The notes: generated from the letters alone by a model not told the origin. A stretch of DNA of 64,000 nt from an uncultured delta proteobacterium (GCA_963796685.1 CAWCMR010000006.1:128001-192000), one strand, 5' to 3'; counted from the first letter of the stretch, positions 50,489-61,134 are shown. Translations and numbers: made by a program.

Positions 50489-51483
50489 GCCTGTTCGAGA
50501 ATCCGCATCTTCTGTGGGCGCTCGCCCTTTTGCCCGTGCTCGCCCTGTGGCTGGGCCGACAAGGTGCGCGGCCAGCCGTCAATTACTCGAGCGTCGCCAC
50601 CGCGCGCGAGGTCGCACGCACGACGCGCAGCCGTTGGGGACGATTGCTGCGCGTGGCGCGCTGGGTGGGACTGGGCTTGCTCATCGTCGGCCTGGCGCGC
50701 CCGCGGCTCGGGCATGCCTCGACGGAGGTGCAGGCGAGTGGTGTCGATCTGGTGCTCGCGGTCGACATCTCGGGCTCGATGCAGGCCCTCGATCTGACCG
50801 AGGGGGGCAAGCCGCGAAGTCGGCTCGACGTCGTGAAAGACGTCGTTGCCAAGTTCATCAAGGGCCGGCCGAACGACCGCATCGCCCTGGTGGCGTTTTC
50901 GGCCGAGCCGTATCTCATGAGCCCGCTCACCCTCGACCACGATTGGTTGCTCCAGAACCTCGACCGATTGCGGCCCGGCATGATCAAGGACGGCACGGCC
51001 ATCGGCTCGGCGCTCGCCGCGAGCATCAATCGCCTGCGCGACCAGAAGTCGAAATCCAAGCTGGTGGTCTTGCTCACCGATGGACAGAACAATGCCGGCA
51101 AGATTGACCCGGCTCTGGCTGCGCAGGCCGCTCGGACCCTTGGCGTCAAGGTCTACACCATCGGGGTTGGTAGCAAGGGCGAGGCCCCCATGCCCATCAC
51201 CGACGACCACGGCAACACCCACATCGTCATGACCAAGGTGGACGTGGACGAGGGGCTACTCGAGGATATCGCGGCCACCACGGGCGGGAGGTTCTATCGC
51301 GCCACCGATGCCGGGTCGCTCGCTCGCATCTACGGTGCCATCGACAGCTTGGAAAAGACCACGCGAACGCTCAAGCGTTACCAGGATCAGGAAGAGCGTT
51401 TCGCCTGGCTGGTCTTGCCCGGGATGCTGCTTCTGACCGGCGAAATAGGTCTTGGACTCACGCGTTTCAAGAGGATCCCATGA
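50485..51483 (+). CDS. batA: BatA VWA-domain protein
   Basis: LARP, MIDAS DISGSM, GTAIG, LTDG. Confidence 0.92.
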   Translation: MSLFENPHLLWALALLPVLALWLGRQGARPAVNYSSVATAREVARTTRSRWGRLLRVARWVGLGLLIVGLARPRLGHASTEVQASGVDLVLAVDISGSMQALDLTEGGKPRSRLDVVKDVVAKFIKGRPNDRIALVAFSAEPYLMSPLTLDHDWLLQNLDRLRPGMIKDGTAIGSALAASINRLRDQKSKSKLVVLLTDGQNNAGKIDPALAAQAARTLGVKVYTIGVGSKGEAPMPITDDHGNTHIVMTKVDVDEGLLEDIAATTGGRFYRATDAGSLARIYGAIDSLEKTTRTLKRYQDQEERFAWLVLPGMLLLTGEIGLGLTRFKRIP

Positions 51484-53483
51484 CGATTCATTCCGTCACC
51501 TTCGTGCATCCCATCTGGCTGCTCGGCGGCCTCTTTCTCGCCGTGTCGATCCTCGTCCTCGGCGCGCGGCTCGACGGCAAACGTAGACTCGCCCTGGCCG
51601 CGTTCAGCTCGCGTCGCAAGGGCCCGACCTCGACGCTGTCCCGTGTGCGTCGTGTTTTCAAGAGGGCGCTGCTCGTCGTCGGGGTGTTGCTCGGTTGCGC
51701 GGCCTTGGCGCGACCCCAATGGGGTATTCGCTGGGAAGAGGCTCACCGCCGCGGGCTCGATTTGCTGTTCGCGCTCGACACCTCGAAGAGCATGCTGACG
51801 CCGGATCTCGAGCCGGATCGACTTACGCGGGCCAAGCTGGCCATTCGCGATCTGGTGGCGAAGTTCGATGGCGATCGGGTGGGGCTCGAGGCCTTTGCCG
51901 GAGACGCATTCCTGCAGTGCCCGCTCACGCTCGATCGCGGCGTGTTCGATCAGACCCTCGATGCCATCGACACTTCGACGATTCCCCGCGGGGGGACCGA
52001 CATCGGACGCGCCATCGAGGTGGCGCGCGCGGCGCTGCACAACCAGCCCGCGAACCACAAGCTACTCGTCTTCCTCACCGACGGCGAGGATCTGGAAAAC
52101 CACGCCATCGAGGCGGCCCGCGCGGCCTCGGCCGACGGCATCCACATCTACACCGTCGGTGTCGGAACGCAACGTGGCGAATTGATTCCACTCCCGGGCG
52201 GACCTGGCCAGTTCGTGCGCGACGAAAAGGGAGCCTTCGTACGCTCCAGGCTCGACGAAAATACCTTGCAAGCCATCGCGCGGGTGACGGGGGGAGACTA
52301 CCGGCGGCTGGGCGTGGATGGACGCGGGCTCGAGGGGCTGTACCGGGACGTCCTGGCCAAATTGCCACCCGAAAATCTCAAGTCGCGCATGCACCAGATC
52401 CCCATCGAGCGCTTCCAATGGCCGCTCGGATTCTCGATCTTCTGCCTGGCGCTGGAACCGCTGGTCGGCGAGCGCCGCCGGCGTCGGCATTTCGAGGAGG
52501 AGCCGGAGAAGCGATGGCTGAAGCTCACGACGCTGCGGCGCAGGGCGGTCACCACCCTGGCGGTGGCATTGGCCATGACGGCGGCGCAAGCGGCACAAGC
52601 CTCGCCGGGCGATGCCGAACGCGCATACCACGCCGGAAAGTTCAAGCAATCGGCCGAGGAGTACCGGCGTGCCTTGGCACGCGCGCCGGGCGACGTGAAG
52701 CTCGAGTACGACCTCGGCGTCGCGGCCTACAAGAGCGGCGAGTACGCGAAGTCGGACGATGCCCTCCGTCGTTCCCTGCGCTCGGATCGCCTCGATCTGC
52801 AAGAGAACGCCTACTACGACCTCGGCAACGTCCTTTACCGAGTCGGCCAAGAGACCGTCGCGAAGCAACCCGAGGTGACGATGGAGAAATGGAAGAACGC
52901 CATCGCGTCGTACGAGTCGGCGCTGAAGCTGAATGCGAAGGATCAAGACGCCGTCTACAACCGCGATCTCGTGAAGCGAAGATTGGCAGCGCTCGAAGAG
53001 CAGCAGAAGCAGCAGAAGCAGGAGGAATCGAAAGGCGAGAAGAAGAAGGACGACAGAAACAAGTCCGGCAACTCCGGTCAACAGGGCAAACCGGACCAGT
53101 CCGCAAAGCAAGGCCAGAAGAACCAACAGGATCGGCAGGGCAAGCAGGGCAAGCAGGGAGAGCAGGGCAAGCAGGGAGAGCAGGGAAAGAATGACAAGGG
53201 CCAGCAGGACCAGAAGAGCTCTTCGAATTCCGGACAGTCGCAGCAGGGGACGGCCCAGCAAAGGCCCGCGGCGGGGTCGCCCGGCCAGTCAGAGCCCGGC
53301 AAACCGAACGCGGGCGCCGAGGCGAACGCGGATCGGAAGGAGCCGGAGGTTCCAGGCAAGCTTTCCAAGAACGATGCGCGGGAGCTTCTCGACGCTGCCC
53401 GCGGAGACGAAAGACTGATGCCCCTGGTGCCCGCCGGTCAGAACCGTCCGCACACCGAGGATGAGGTCAGAAAGGATTGGTGA
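51480..53483 (+). CDS. batB: BatB-BatC fusion (VWA + TPR + Gln-rich tail)
   Basis: DTSKSM, LTDGED, TPR YDLG, Q-rich linker, C-terminal KDW. Confidence 0.9.
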   Translation: MTIHSVTFVHPIWLLGGLFLAVSILVLGARLDGKRRLALAAFSSRRKGPTSTLSRVRRVFKRALLVVGVLLGCAALARPQWGIRWEEAHRRGLDLLFALDTSKSMLTPDLEPDRLTRAKLAIRDLVAKFDGDRVGLEAFAGDAFLQCPLTLDRGVFDQTLDAIDTSTIPRGGTDIGRAIEVARAALHNQPANHKLLVFLTDGEDLENHAIEAARAASADGIHIYTVGVGTQRGELIPLPGGPGQFVRDEKGAFVRSRLDENTLQAIARVTGGDYRRLGVDGRGLEGLYRDVLAKLPPENLKSRMHQIPIERFQWPLGFSIFCLALEPLVGERRRRRHFEEEPEKRWLKLTTLRRRAVTTLAVALAMTAAQAAQASPGDAERAYHAGKFKQSAEEYRRALARAPGDVKLEYDLGVAAYKSGEYAKSDDALRRSLRSDRLDLQENAYYDLGNVLYRVGQETVAKQPEVTMEKWKNAIASYESALKLNAKDQDAVYNRDLVKRRLAALEEQQKQQKQEESKGEKKKDDRNKSGNSGQQGKPDQSAKQGQKNQQDRQGKQGKQGEQGKQGEQGKNDKGQQDQKSSSNSGQSQQGTAQQRPAAGSPGQSEPGKPNAGAEANADRKEPEVPGKLSKNDARELLDAARGDERLMPLVPAGQNRPHTEDEVRKDW

Positions 53484-53488
53484 GAACC

Positions 53489-55345
53489 ATGCACACGAAT
53501 GGACGGAAGCACATCCTGCTCGCGGCGATCGGCCTCGGGGTGGTGATGGCGCTCGGGCGAGGCGCCGCCGCTGCGGGCGCGCAACCAACGGCCGAAATCA
53601 GCCCTGCGCAAATCGCACTGGACCAGACCGCCGAGCTTCGCATCGACAAATCCGCCGCGAGCAACGCCGTGCCTCGGCACGTGGACGGGCTGCATTTCCA
53701 GCGCACGGGTGAGAGCACCGAGATGACCAATGTCAACGGCTCGGTTTCGCAGCACACCTGGGTCCTTTATCAGGTTGTCGCAGACCACCCCGGCTCGTAC
53801 AGCATTCCAATCGGTGGAGATACCCTTACTCTCGAGGTCGGTCCGACGGGCAGCGGAGGCGCACGCGCGCACTTCGGTCCATCGGCCGGCTCCGGAGTGT
53901 CGGCCGAGAAGGGAGCGCATCAAGGAACGCTGGCGTTCCTGCGCGTGGTGTTGCCGAAGAAGAAGGTGTTCATCGGGCAAGCCGTCCCCGTGACGTTCAA
54001 GGCGTACTTTCGCGCCGGTACCGAGGTCACCCTCTCTGGAGCGCCGAGCTTGGGTGTTCCCGCCTTTACGATCAGCCATCTCGACGACAACCCCCGCCAG
54101 AGCATCGAATCCATCGGCGGGGTGCCTTATCGGGTCGCCACGTGGACAGGCCAGGCTTCGGCCGCCATGTCCGGTCACTTCACGGCCCAGGCGACGCTTC
54201 CCATCGTGGCGCGCTACCGCGAGGCATCGCCTCAGGAACCTGCCACCGATCCCTTCGGCTCCATGTTCGACGATGACGACATGTTCTCGGTTTCACCCTC
54301 CAAAATGCTTCGTTCCTTCATGAAGCAATCGGCTTTTGGTGGTGCCCTTGGCGACATGTTCGGCCAGGAACGCGAGCGCGAGATGACCCTTCATGCCCCT
54401 GCGCAAGGGGTCGACGTGCTGGCCCTTCCCACCAAGGGGCAGCCGGCCGGCTACAGCGGCGCCGTCGGTCACTTCGACGTGCGCGCAAGCCTTTCCCCGA
54501 AATCGGGCTCCATGTACGCGCCCATGACCTTGAAGATCGAGGTCACGGGGCAGGGCAACCTCGATCGGGTGTCGACCAGCGGTCTTCCTTCTTCGGCGAA
54601 ATGGAAGACCTATCCGCCCGGCTCGAAGATCACCGATAAGGGGACCAAGGTCTTCGAGCAGGCGGTGGTGCCGCAAGCGAGTGGTCACGTGGAAATTCCC
54701 GCAGTCTCGTTCAGCTTCTTCGATCCTGACCTGAAGCAGTATGTGACGCGGTCGACGACGCCGATCGGGGCGGACATCGCCTCGACCCCGGCCGGCGCCG
54801 CCACGCCAACCGTGAGCGCGGCCCCAGCCTCCTCCGAGATCGCCGGCGTGTCGCCCGGCGGGCTGCGACCCAACCACGTCGAGCAGGGAAGGTTGGTCTC
54901 GACCTTGCTGCCCCCGTACCGGCGTGCGTGGTTTTGGCCGGTGGTGGCGGCGCCATGGTTCGGGCTGGCGGGGGTGTTCGCACGACCACGCCGACGAGGC
55001 GTCTCGGCGCGCGGCCGCCAAAGAGCGCTTCGCGAGACGATCGCCCGGCACCGCACGGCCATGAAGCGTGCCGCGGCCGCGGGAGATGCGGTCCGTTTCC
55101 ACGAAGCCGCCGGGGCCGCGTTGCGGGAGCGCCTGGGCGAGATGTGGAGGATCGCGCCCGACGACGTCACCGCTGCCGAGGCGGCCGCCAGAATGGGCCC
55201 GGAGGACGAGCCCATCGTGGCGGCCCTGAGATCCGCGGAGCGTTTGCGCTACGGAGGGGCGGCCGAGGATCCGTCATCGCTCGCGACCCTTCGAGAAACC
55301 GTCGAGCGCAAGCTCGAACAACTGGAGAAGCAACCATGTCGCTGA
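53489..55345 (+). CDS. batD: BatD-family protein
   Basis: GAVGHF, GQGNL, FSFFDP motifs; operon position. Confidence 0.88.
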   Translation: MHTNGRKHILLAAIGLGVVMALGRGAAAAGAQPTAEISPAQIALDQTAELRIDKSAASNAVPRHVDGLHFQRTGESTEMTNVNGSVSQHTWVLYQVVADHPGSYSIPIGGDTLTLEVGPTGSGGARAHFGPSAGSGVSAEKGAHQGTLAFLRVVLPKKKVFIGQAVPVTFKAYFRAGTEVTLSGAPSLGVPAFTISHLDDNPRQSIESIGGVPYRVATWTGQASAAMSGHFTAQATLPIVARYREASPQEPATDPFGSMFDDDDMFSVSPSKMLRSFMKQSAFGGALGDMFGQEREREMTLHAPAQGVDVLALPTKGQPAGYSGAVGHFDVRASLSPKSGSMYAPMTLKIEVTGQGNLDRVSTSGLPSSAKWKTYPPGSKITDKGTKVFEQAVVPQASGHVEIPAVSFSFFDPDLKQYVTRSTTPIGADIASTPAGAATPTVSAAPASSEIAGVSPGGLRPNHVEQGRLVSTLLPPYRRAWFWPVVAAPWFGLAGVFARPRRRGVSARGRQRALRETIARHRTAMKRAAAAGDAVRFHEAAGAALRERLGEMWRIAPDDVTAAEAAARMGPEDEPIVAALRSAERLRYGGAAEDPSSLATLRETVERKLEQLEKQPCR

Positions 55346-56112
55346 AACTGCACCCACCAGCCCGCCGGTTTTCCCTCGGCCTCTTTGCCCTCGTTGCCGT
55401 CATGACCGTTGCCCTCACCGGTCTGGCGCGCGCGGCGTCGCCAGGCGTCAGCTTCGACGAGGCCAACCGGCTGTTTTCGCAGGGCCGCTACGCCGAAGCG
55501 GCGGCCGAGCTCGAAGCCATCGGACGGTTGCGTGGATGGTCGGCCCCGCTGCTCTACGATCTCGCCAATACGTATGCGAAAGAGGGCCAGATCGGACAGT
55601 CCATTTTGGACTACGAGCGCGCGCAGGTGCTGGCGCCAAGGGACGCGGATATCGCCGCCAACCTGGCCTACGTGCGGGCGACAGCAGGGCTGCCGGTTCC
55701 GGCGTGGCCGTGGCACGATCGCCTGGTTCGCCTGCTCACGCCTGCGACGTGGACCTGGCTGGCCGTCACGGGCTGCTTTCTTGCCGGCGTCGGATTCGTG
55801 GCGAGGTGGAGGTGGCGGCGCCGCCGACTGGTCTACGCCGCGGTTCTTGCCGCGCTCATGGGCGGGACCGCCGTGGCCGCGACAGTGATCCTGGATCGGG
55901 ACCTGGACCACGCCGTCGTCGTCGAAAGGAAGATGGCGCCGGTCCTGGTATCTCCGTTCGAAGGCGCCGCCAGCGAAGTCTCGCTGAGTGAAGGGGAGGA
56001 CGTCTCCGTCATCGGGCGCCACGATGACTTCGTGCGGGTACGCGATGGCAATGGACGCACGGGTTGGGTACAATCCGGCGCGGTGCTGCCGGTTGTTCCC
56101 CGGCGTTCTTGA
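55336..56112 (+). CDS. batE: BatE-like TPR + SH3 protein
   Basis: LYDLAN, DYERA, DIAANL, C-terminal GRTGWV. Confidence 0.85.
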   Translation: MSLKLHPPARRFSLGLFALVAVMTVALTGLARAASPGVSFDEANRLFSQGRYAEAAAELEAIGRLRGWSAPLLYDLANTYAKEGQIGQSILDYERAQVLAPRDADIAANLAYVRATAGLPVPAWPWHDRLVRLLTPATWTWLAVTGCFLAGVGFVARWRWRRRRLVYAAVLAALMGGTAVAATVILDRDLDHAVVVERKMAPVLVSPFEGAASEVSLSEGEDVSVIGRHDDFVRVRDGNGRTGWVQSGAVLPVVPRRS

Positions 56113-56142
56113 CCGGGAGCTGGCGGCTGTGCCGCAAGCCCC

Positions 56143-56820
56143 ATGCGATTCCTCCTGATCGAAGACGACGAAAAGATCGGCAGCTTCATCGCAAAGGGCT
56201 TGCGCCAAGAGGGGCATGCGGTGGAATGGAGCCGCCACGGGGACGAGGGCTTGGTCTTCGCCTTGGATGGGCACTTCGATGCGGCAGTCGTCGACCTCAT
56301 GCTGCCCGGCCGGGACGGGCTGGGCGTCATCCGCGAGCTGCGCGAGCGCCGGCACAAGCTGCCCGTCATCATTCTCAGCGCGAGGAGCGACGTCGAGGAT
56401 CGCATCAAGGGACTGTCGGTCGGGGCGGATGACTACCTGACCAAGCCGTTCTCGTTCGCGGAGCTGCTGGCCCGTTTGCACGCGCTGGTACGAAGGTCGA
56501 GCGCCGCCGAGGAGACGGTGCGAACGCTTTCATTCGAGGACTTGACGCTCGACCTGGAATCAAGGCGCGTGACGCGTGGAGGAAAACCGATCGAGCTCCA
56601 GGCACGGGAGTTCTCTCTCCTCGTCTACCTGTTGCGAAATGCCGGCCGGGTCCTGTCGAAGACGATGATCCTCGAGCACATCTGGAGCTATTCCTTCGAC
56701 CCACAGACCAACGTGGTCGACGTGTTGGTCAGCCGGTTGCGCCGGAAGATCGATCGCGACTTCCCGGTCAAGCTGATCCAAACCTTGCGCGGAGTCGGGT
56801 ATGTCCTCCGCAAGGCGTAG
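56143..56820 (+). CDS. OmpR-family response regulator (CusR-like)
   Basis: DLMLP, GADDYLTKPF, TNVVDV, TLRGVGY. Confidence 0.96.
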   Translation: MRFLLIEDDEKIGSFIAKGLRQEGHAVEWSRHGDEGLVFALDGHFDAAVVDLMLPGRDGLGVIRELRERRHKLPVIILSARSDVEDRIKGLSVGADDYLTKPFSFAELLARLHALVRRSSAAEETVRTLSFEDLTLDLESRRVTRGGKPIELQAREFSLLVYLLRNAGRVLSKTMILEHIWSYSFDPQTNVVDVLVSRLRRKIDRDFPVKLIQTLRGVGYVLRKA

Positions 56821-58186
56821 CCGACTGCGCTCGCTGGGTGTTCGCTTGACGATTTGGTATTTCCTGGTCCTTCTCGCCAGCACCATCCTGCTGTCCGCCG
56901 CTGCCGAATTTCGCATTCGCTCGTCGATTCGGGAGCGGGTCGTGGAGATCCTGACCAGCAGCCTGAACCGGCACAAACAAGCCTTCGAGGCGGATGGCAT
57001 CGCGGGGCTTCGGAAGCTGACCGAGTCGTCGGAGGATCGGCGCCGTTTGCTGTACGTGCGCGTGGTCGATCGCACCGACACGACGATCTTCGAGCGGGCG
57101 AATCCCGGAATATTCTTCGCCCCGGATTCAATCGCGGTGAACCGGTCGTCCCCCAAGGTGCGTTCGGTGCGCGAACAAGGCAGCGGTTCCCTGTGGAACC
57201 TGACGGCGACACCGCTCGGCGAAGGGCGATGGCTGCAGGTCGCGATCAGCGACCAAGGGACGCAGGAGGTCGTTGGCCATTTGCGTGCCGGGTTGGCCGC
57301 GGTGTGGATCGGGGCGGTGGTGCTCGGGCTGGTGGGGGGCTTTTTTCTCACCCGGCGGGCGTTGCATCCGATCCAACGCCTGGCCAGCACGGCGCGCAAG
57401 GTGATCGACTCCGGGGATCTGGCTTTGCGGGTCGTCGAACGGGGCACGCATGACGAGCTCGACGAGCTCTCTCACCTCTTCAACGGCGTGCTTTCACGCA
57501 ATGAAAACCTGGTGCAAGGCATGCGCAAGGCGCTCGACAATGTTGCCCACGATTTGCGTACTCCGCTCACGCGATTGCGGACGGGCGCGGAGGTGGCGCT
57601 GCGCGATGGGGCGGATCCGACACGGCTCCGCGACGCCCTGGCCGACACGCTGGAAGAGTCCGACCATGTGCTGGCGATGTTGAAGACGCTGATGGATATC
57701 TCGGAGGCGGAAACCGGCGTGATGAAGCTCGACCGCACCCATGTCGATTTGAGCGAGCTGGCAAGAGATGCCATCGACATTTACCAACACGTGGGGGAAG
57801 AGAAGGGCGTTCGGCTCCTGACCCATCTGACCGCCGGAGTCAAGGTGATGGCCGACGCCATTCGCATGCAGCAGGTGATCGCCAATCTCATCGACAACGC
57901 AATCAAATACACGCCCACCGGTGGACAAGTCGAAATCACCACGAGCTACGCGGAGCCGTGGGCTTCGCTCGAGGTCAAGGATACCGGCATGGGCATCGCA
58001 CGGGAGGATCAGCCGAGGATTTGGCAGCGACTCTACCGCGCGGACCGGAGCCGAAGCGAGCATGGCCTGGGCCTTGGGCTCAGTCTCGTGAAGGCCATCG
58101 TCGAAGCGCATGGTGGACAGGCCAAGGTGACAAGCGCACCCGGCGCCGGCGCGGCATTCACGGTTCGACTGCCCTCGGCGCTGTAA
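56801..58186 (+). CDS. HAMP sensor histidine kinase
   Basis: VAHDLRTPL, NAIKY, GLGLGL. Confidence 0.95.
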   Translation: MSSARRSRLRSLGVRLTIWYFLVLLASTILLSAAAEFRIRSSIRERVVEILTSSLNRHKQAFEADGIAGLRKLTESSEDRRRLLYVRVVDRTDTTIFERANPGIFFAPDSIAVNRSSPKVRSVREQGSGSLWNLTATPLGEGRWLQVAISDQGTQEVVGHLRAGLAAVWIGAVVLGLVGGFFLTRRALHPIQRLASTARKVIDSGDLALRVVERGTHDELDELSHLFNGVLSRNENLVQGMRKALDNVAHDLRTPLTRLRTGAEVALRDGADPTRLRDALADTLEESDHVLAMLKTLMDISEAETGVMKLDRTHVDLSELARDAIDIYQHVGEEKGVRLLTHLTAGVKVMADAIRMQQVIANLIDNAIKYTPTGGQVEITTSYAEPWASLEVKDTGMGIAREDQPRIWQRLYRADRSRSEHGLGLGLSLVKAIVEAHGGQAKVTSAPGAGAAFTVRLPSAL

Positions 58187-58211
58187 TCAGTCGAAGCGGG
58201 CCGGCCGGCGC

Positions 58212-58243
58212 GAGGCGGGTTGCCACGCGTGGCTGCCTGCCAC
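58212..58243. promoter_or_regulatory. Tandem palindromic candidate enhancer sites
   Basis: GAGGCG-GGT-TGCCAC (58212) and GTGGCT-GCC-TGCCAC (58229). Confidence 0.6.
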
Positions 58244-58296
58244 ACGCGAGCGGGGCATTGCGCGCGGCAAAGCTCCGAATCCTCGTCACGCCCTCT

Positions 58297-58311
58297 TGGC
58301 ACATCGAATGC
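58297..58311 (+). promoter_or_regulatory. Sigma54 -24/-12 promoter
   Basis: TGGCACATCGAATGC. Confidence 0.65.
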
Positions 58312-58350
58312 AGCGTTGAGCGCTCGAGTAACTACTTGAGGAGTTATGCG

Positions 58351-58818
58351 ATGGAAACAACCGGCGACCCGAGCTCGGCTCTCGAAACGACAGCGGCAGA
58401 AGGTCCGGCCAAGGCCTCTGCCCGGAGATCGCGGGTGCTTATCGCGGAAGACGATTGGGCCTTCAGGGACATGTTGCTCTTTGCCTTCCAGGACCAAGGT
58501 TGCGATGTCGTCGCGGTCGGCGACGGTGCCGCCTTCCTCGATGTCCTTGCGTCGACTCTGCTGCCGAAGTCTTCGGTCAAACCGTTCGATCTGGTGGTGT
58601 CCGATATCAGAATGCCGCGCTGGCGTGGTCTCGCCGACCTGGAGAGTCTGAGCCATAGCCCGAAGGTTCCACCCATTGTCGTGATCACGGCCTTCGGCAC
58701 CGACGAGGTTCACCAACGGGCCGAGCGGGCTGGCGCGGTGGCGGTACTGGACAAGCCCTTCGACATCGCGGACCTCACGGCCTTGGGCCGTCGTGTGATC
58801 AGCCGGCGCGCAGCATAA
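58351..58818 (+). CDS. Single-domain response regulator
   Basis: IAEDD, SDIRMP, ITAFG, DKPFD. Confidence 0.9.
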   Translation: METTGDPSSALETTAAEGPAKASARRSRVLIAEDDWAFRDMLLFAFQDQGCDVVAVGDGAAFLDVLASTLLPKSSVKPFDLVVSDIRMPRWRGLADLESLSHSPKVPPIVVITAFGTDEVHQRAERAGAVAVLDKPFDIADLTALGRRVISRRAA

Positions 58819-58837
58819 CAAGGAGGCTCGACCAGCC

Positions 58838-59395
58838 ATGCCAATCAATCCACCGCAATCGCATCTCTACCACTCGATAACCCTGGAAGCGGCCAATCAG
58901 AAGCTCGGACATGCCAGCCGCAAGAGCCTCAGCCAGGCGCTCAATCTCGTGGCCTACATCGACATGATGACCGTACTGGTCATCTTCCTACTCATGACCT
59001 TTCAGGCCAATGGCGAGATTCTCTTCATCCAGAAGAACATCACCTTGCCGGAGGCGCAAAATTGGACCGATCTGGAACGGGCACCGGTCATTGCCATGAC
59101 CAAGGACGTGGTCACGCTGGACGGGAGGCAAGTCGCGACCGGGGACGATCTCATGCGGGACTCTGCCACGGGCGACATGAGAATCGGGGAATTGATGGAC
59201 GAGCTGGTCACCGACAAGAACAACTACAAGCTCTTGCACCCCACCGAGGATTTCAAGGGCGTTTGCATCATCCAGGCGGACAAGAACGTCGAGTTCAAGG
59301 AGCTCAAGAGAGTCATGTTCTCGGCCGCGGCAGCCGGTTACCAAAACGTGAATTTCGCCGTCCGTCCCAAGGCGCGCGTTGCCGTAGGAGAGTAG
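58838..59395 (+). CDS. ExbD/TolR-family protein
   Basis: LNLVAYIDMMTVLVIFLL, IIQADK. Confidence 0.9.
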   Translation: MPINPPQSHLYHSITLEAANQKLGHASRKSLSQALNLVAYIDMMTVLVIFLLMTFQANGEILFIQKNITLPEAQNWTDLERAPVIAMTKDVVTLDGRQVATGDDLMRDSATGDMRIGELMDELVTDKNNYKLLHPTEDFKGVCIIQADKNVEFKELKRVMFSAAAAGYQNVNFAVRPKARVAVGE

Positions 59396-59493
59396 CGGCG
59401 GACGTTGCGAAACGCACGGGTCAGCGGGCTTCTTTGGGCTTTAGGGAGACGCGGCGGTTCTTCGCCCAGCACGCCTCGTTGTGTTTTTGTGGG

Positions 59494-61005
59494 TCAGCGA
59501 AGTACGCGGTACAAGGCGATGTTCATGTAGGGAGAAGAAAATCGCTTCATGAGCTCGGTTCGGACTCCGGGGGGCGGCGCGAAGCGGCCATAGATTTCGC
59601 TGGCGAAGATGTACTTGTCCTCGGGAGAGTATCGGTAGGACGAGCGGTTGAACTTCTCCGGGGAATAGCCGTACCGCGGATCCTCCAGGCCGAAGATGGT
59701 GGGAAAATTGGCCAGGATGGGCTTGTCCGTGCCGACCGCGCCTTCCAGGTAGCGGGTTGCCTCCTGTTGCAGTCGGACCGCCTCGCGGAAGCTCATGTCG
59801 TAGGCACAATTGAAGGTGGGGGAGCTCAGGTCGCCGAGGCACAGGAGCCCGAGTGCTGCGGTCGCCGGCAGTAGCAGCTTGGCCTGGTCGCGGACCAATT
59901 CGTAAAGCGCCCGAGCGGCGAGCATGGCGAGCGGTGGAAGCAGACACATGAGGTAGCGCTTCATGAACACGTTGCCGGCGGAGAACGACAGCATTCCGAC
60001 CTCGAAGACCGCGAAGGTCCAGGCCACGCTGGGAACGAAGCGCGCCTCGCCCTCGCGCCGCCCGAGCAGCCTGAATAGAATCCACAGCGCCACGACCACG
60101 GACAGAGCAAGCCGTCCCTGTTCCACGAAGACGAAGGTGATGCCGGCGACCAGCTGCCCTTTCATGGCAAACCAGTGGAAGTTCACGAGGTTCCTATGTA
60201 GCGGGTAGAGGTACCAGCCGTTCTGACGCTTTTGAGCCAGCAGGAAGGTGCCGTAGAGCAGGCCGGGAATGACGAAGGCCAGCAGCCCGTGGAGAATGTC
60301 CCCGCGCCGCCGTTCGGGTAGTCGCATGACCAGGATGACGGCAAAGGTCGCGGCCAACACCACCGCCGTCTCTTTCAAAAAGATGGCCAGCCCGAGGAAG
60401 ATCCCGGCTTGCAGGTATTGCGCGCGCCAGAAAGCGTGCAAGGCCCACAGGGCAGCCAACGCGAGAGGGACCTCGGGCAAGAGCAGGGTGCTTTGGGCGA
60501 GGAAGAGCGGTTGTACCAACAACAGACCGACTGCGGCCAATGCAACCGGCGTGTTCCAGTGTATGCGCGCAATCCAGAACACGGACACGGCCAAACCCGT
60601 CGACACGAGAAGCATGCAGACATGCGCGACCAGCGGCGTGACGCCGAAGATGCGAAACAACGCCCCGAAGACGAAGGGAAGCAAGAGCGGATGCCCGCGC
60701 GACAGGTCGGGCGGAAGATAGGCGGGCAAAAGGCCCAAGGCGTGGTCATGCAGGTACACCGCTGCCCTGGCGTAGACGCCGAGCTCGTCCCAGAAATACG
60801 GTAAGGACAGGTCGTGCACCTTGTAGATCCAGAACGGCAGCAGGAGGAGCCCAAGGGCCCACCAAGCCGCGCCCGGTGCGCTCCAGGGCGCTCGGGTGCG
60901 AGAGGACTTGGCCTGATGGCGCTCCCGAGAGCTCGAGGTCACCGAGAGAATTCGGTCTGTCACGGTCTTGGCATGAGAGCCCAGGTAGTTGAGCACGCTC
61001 GTCAC
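59494..61005 (-). CDS. ArnT/PMT-like (GT-C) glycosyltransferase
   Basis: FWDE, GHPLL, LKET, RYL motifs; multiple TM helices. Confidence 0.82.
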   Translation of the reverse strand: MTSVLNYLGSHAKTVTDRILSVTSSSRERHQAKSSRTRAPWSAPGAAWWALGLLLLPFWIYKVHDLSLPYFWDELGVYARAAVYLHDHALGLLPAYLPPDLSRGHPLLLPFVFGALFRIFGVTPLVAHVCMLLVSTGLAVSVFWIARIHWNTPVALAAVGLLLVQPLFLAQSTLLLPEVPLALAALWALHAFWRAQYLQAGIFLGLAIFLKETAVVLAATFAVILVMRLPERRRGDILHGLLAFVIPGLLYGTFLLAQKRQNGWYLYPLHRNLVNFHWFAMKGQLVAGITFVFVEQGRLALSVVVALWILFRLLGRREGEARFVPSVAWTFAVFEVGMLSFSAGNVFMKRYLMCLLPPLAMLAARALYELVRDQAKLLLPATAALGLLCLGDLSSPTFNCAYDMSFREAVRLQQEATRYLEGAVGTDKPILANFPTIFGLEDPRYGYSPEKFNRSSYRYSPEDKYIFASEIYGRFAPPPGVRTELMKRFSSPYMNIALYRVLR

Positions 61006-61026
61006 CTATTTCGCGTTGTGGGCCAT

Positions 61027-61041
61027 GCACGGGGAGTGCCA
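61027..61041 (-). promoter_or_regulatory. Sigma54 -24/-12 promoter for the glycosyltransferase
   Basis: TGGCACTCCCCGTGC. Confidence 0.6.
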
Positions 61042-61083
61042 CGAAGCAACCGACTATGGGCGCGACCACGACCTCCCATCACC

Positions 61084-61115
61084 GTGACATTGCGCCACGC
61101 GTGGCAATGTGCCAC
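61084..61115. promoter_or_regulatory. Tandem palindromic candidate enhancer sites
   Basis: GTGACA-TTG-CGCCAC (61084) and GTGGCA-ATG-TGCCAC (61101). Confidence 0.6.
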
Positions 61116-61134
61116 GCCTCGGCTCGACGAAGAA

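Noticed and set aside
53135-53186. 9-bp tandem repeat as a separate element
   Set aside because: In-frame low-complexity Gln-rich linker normal for BatC-like tails
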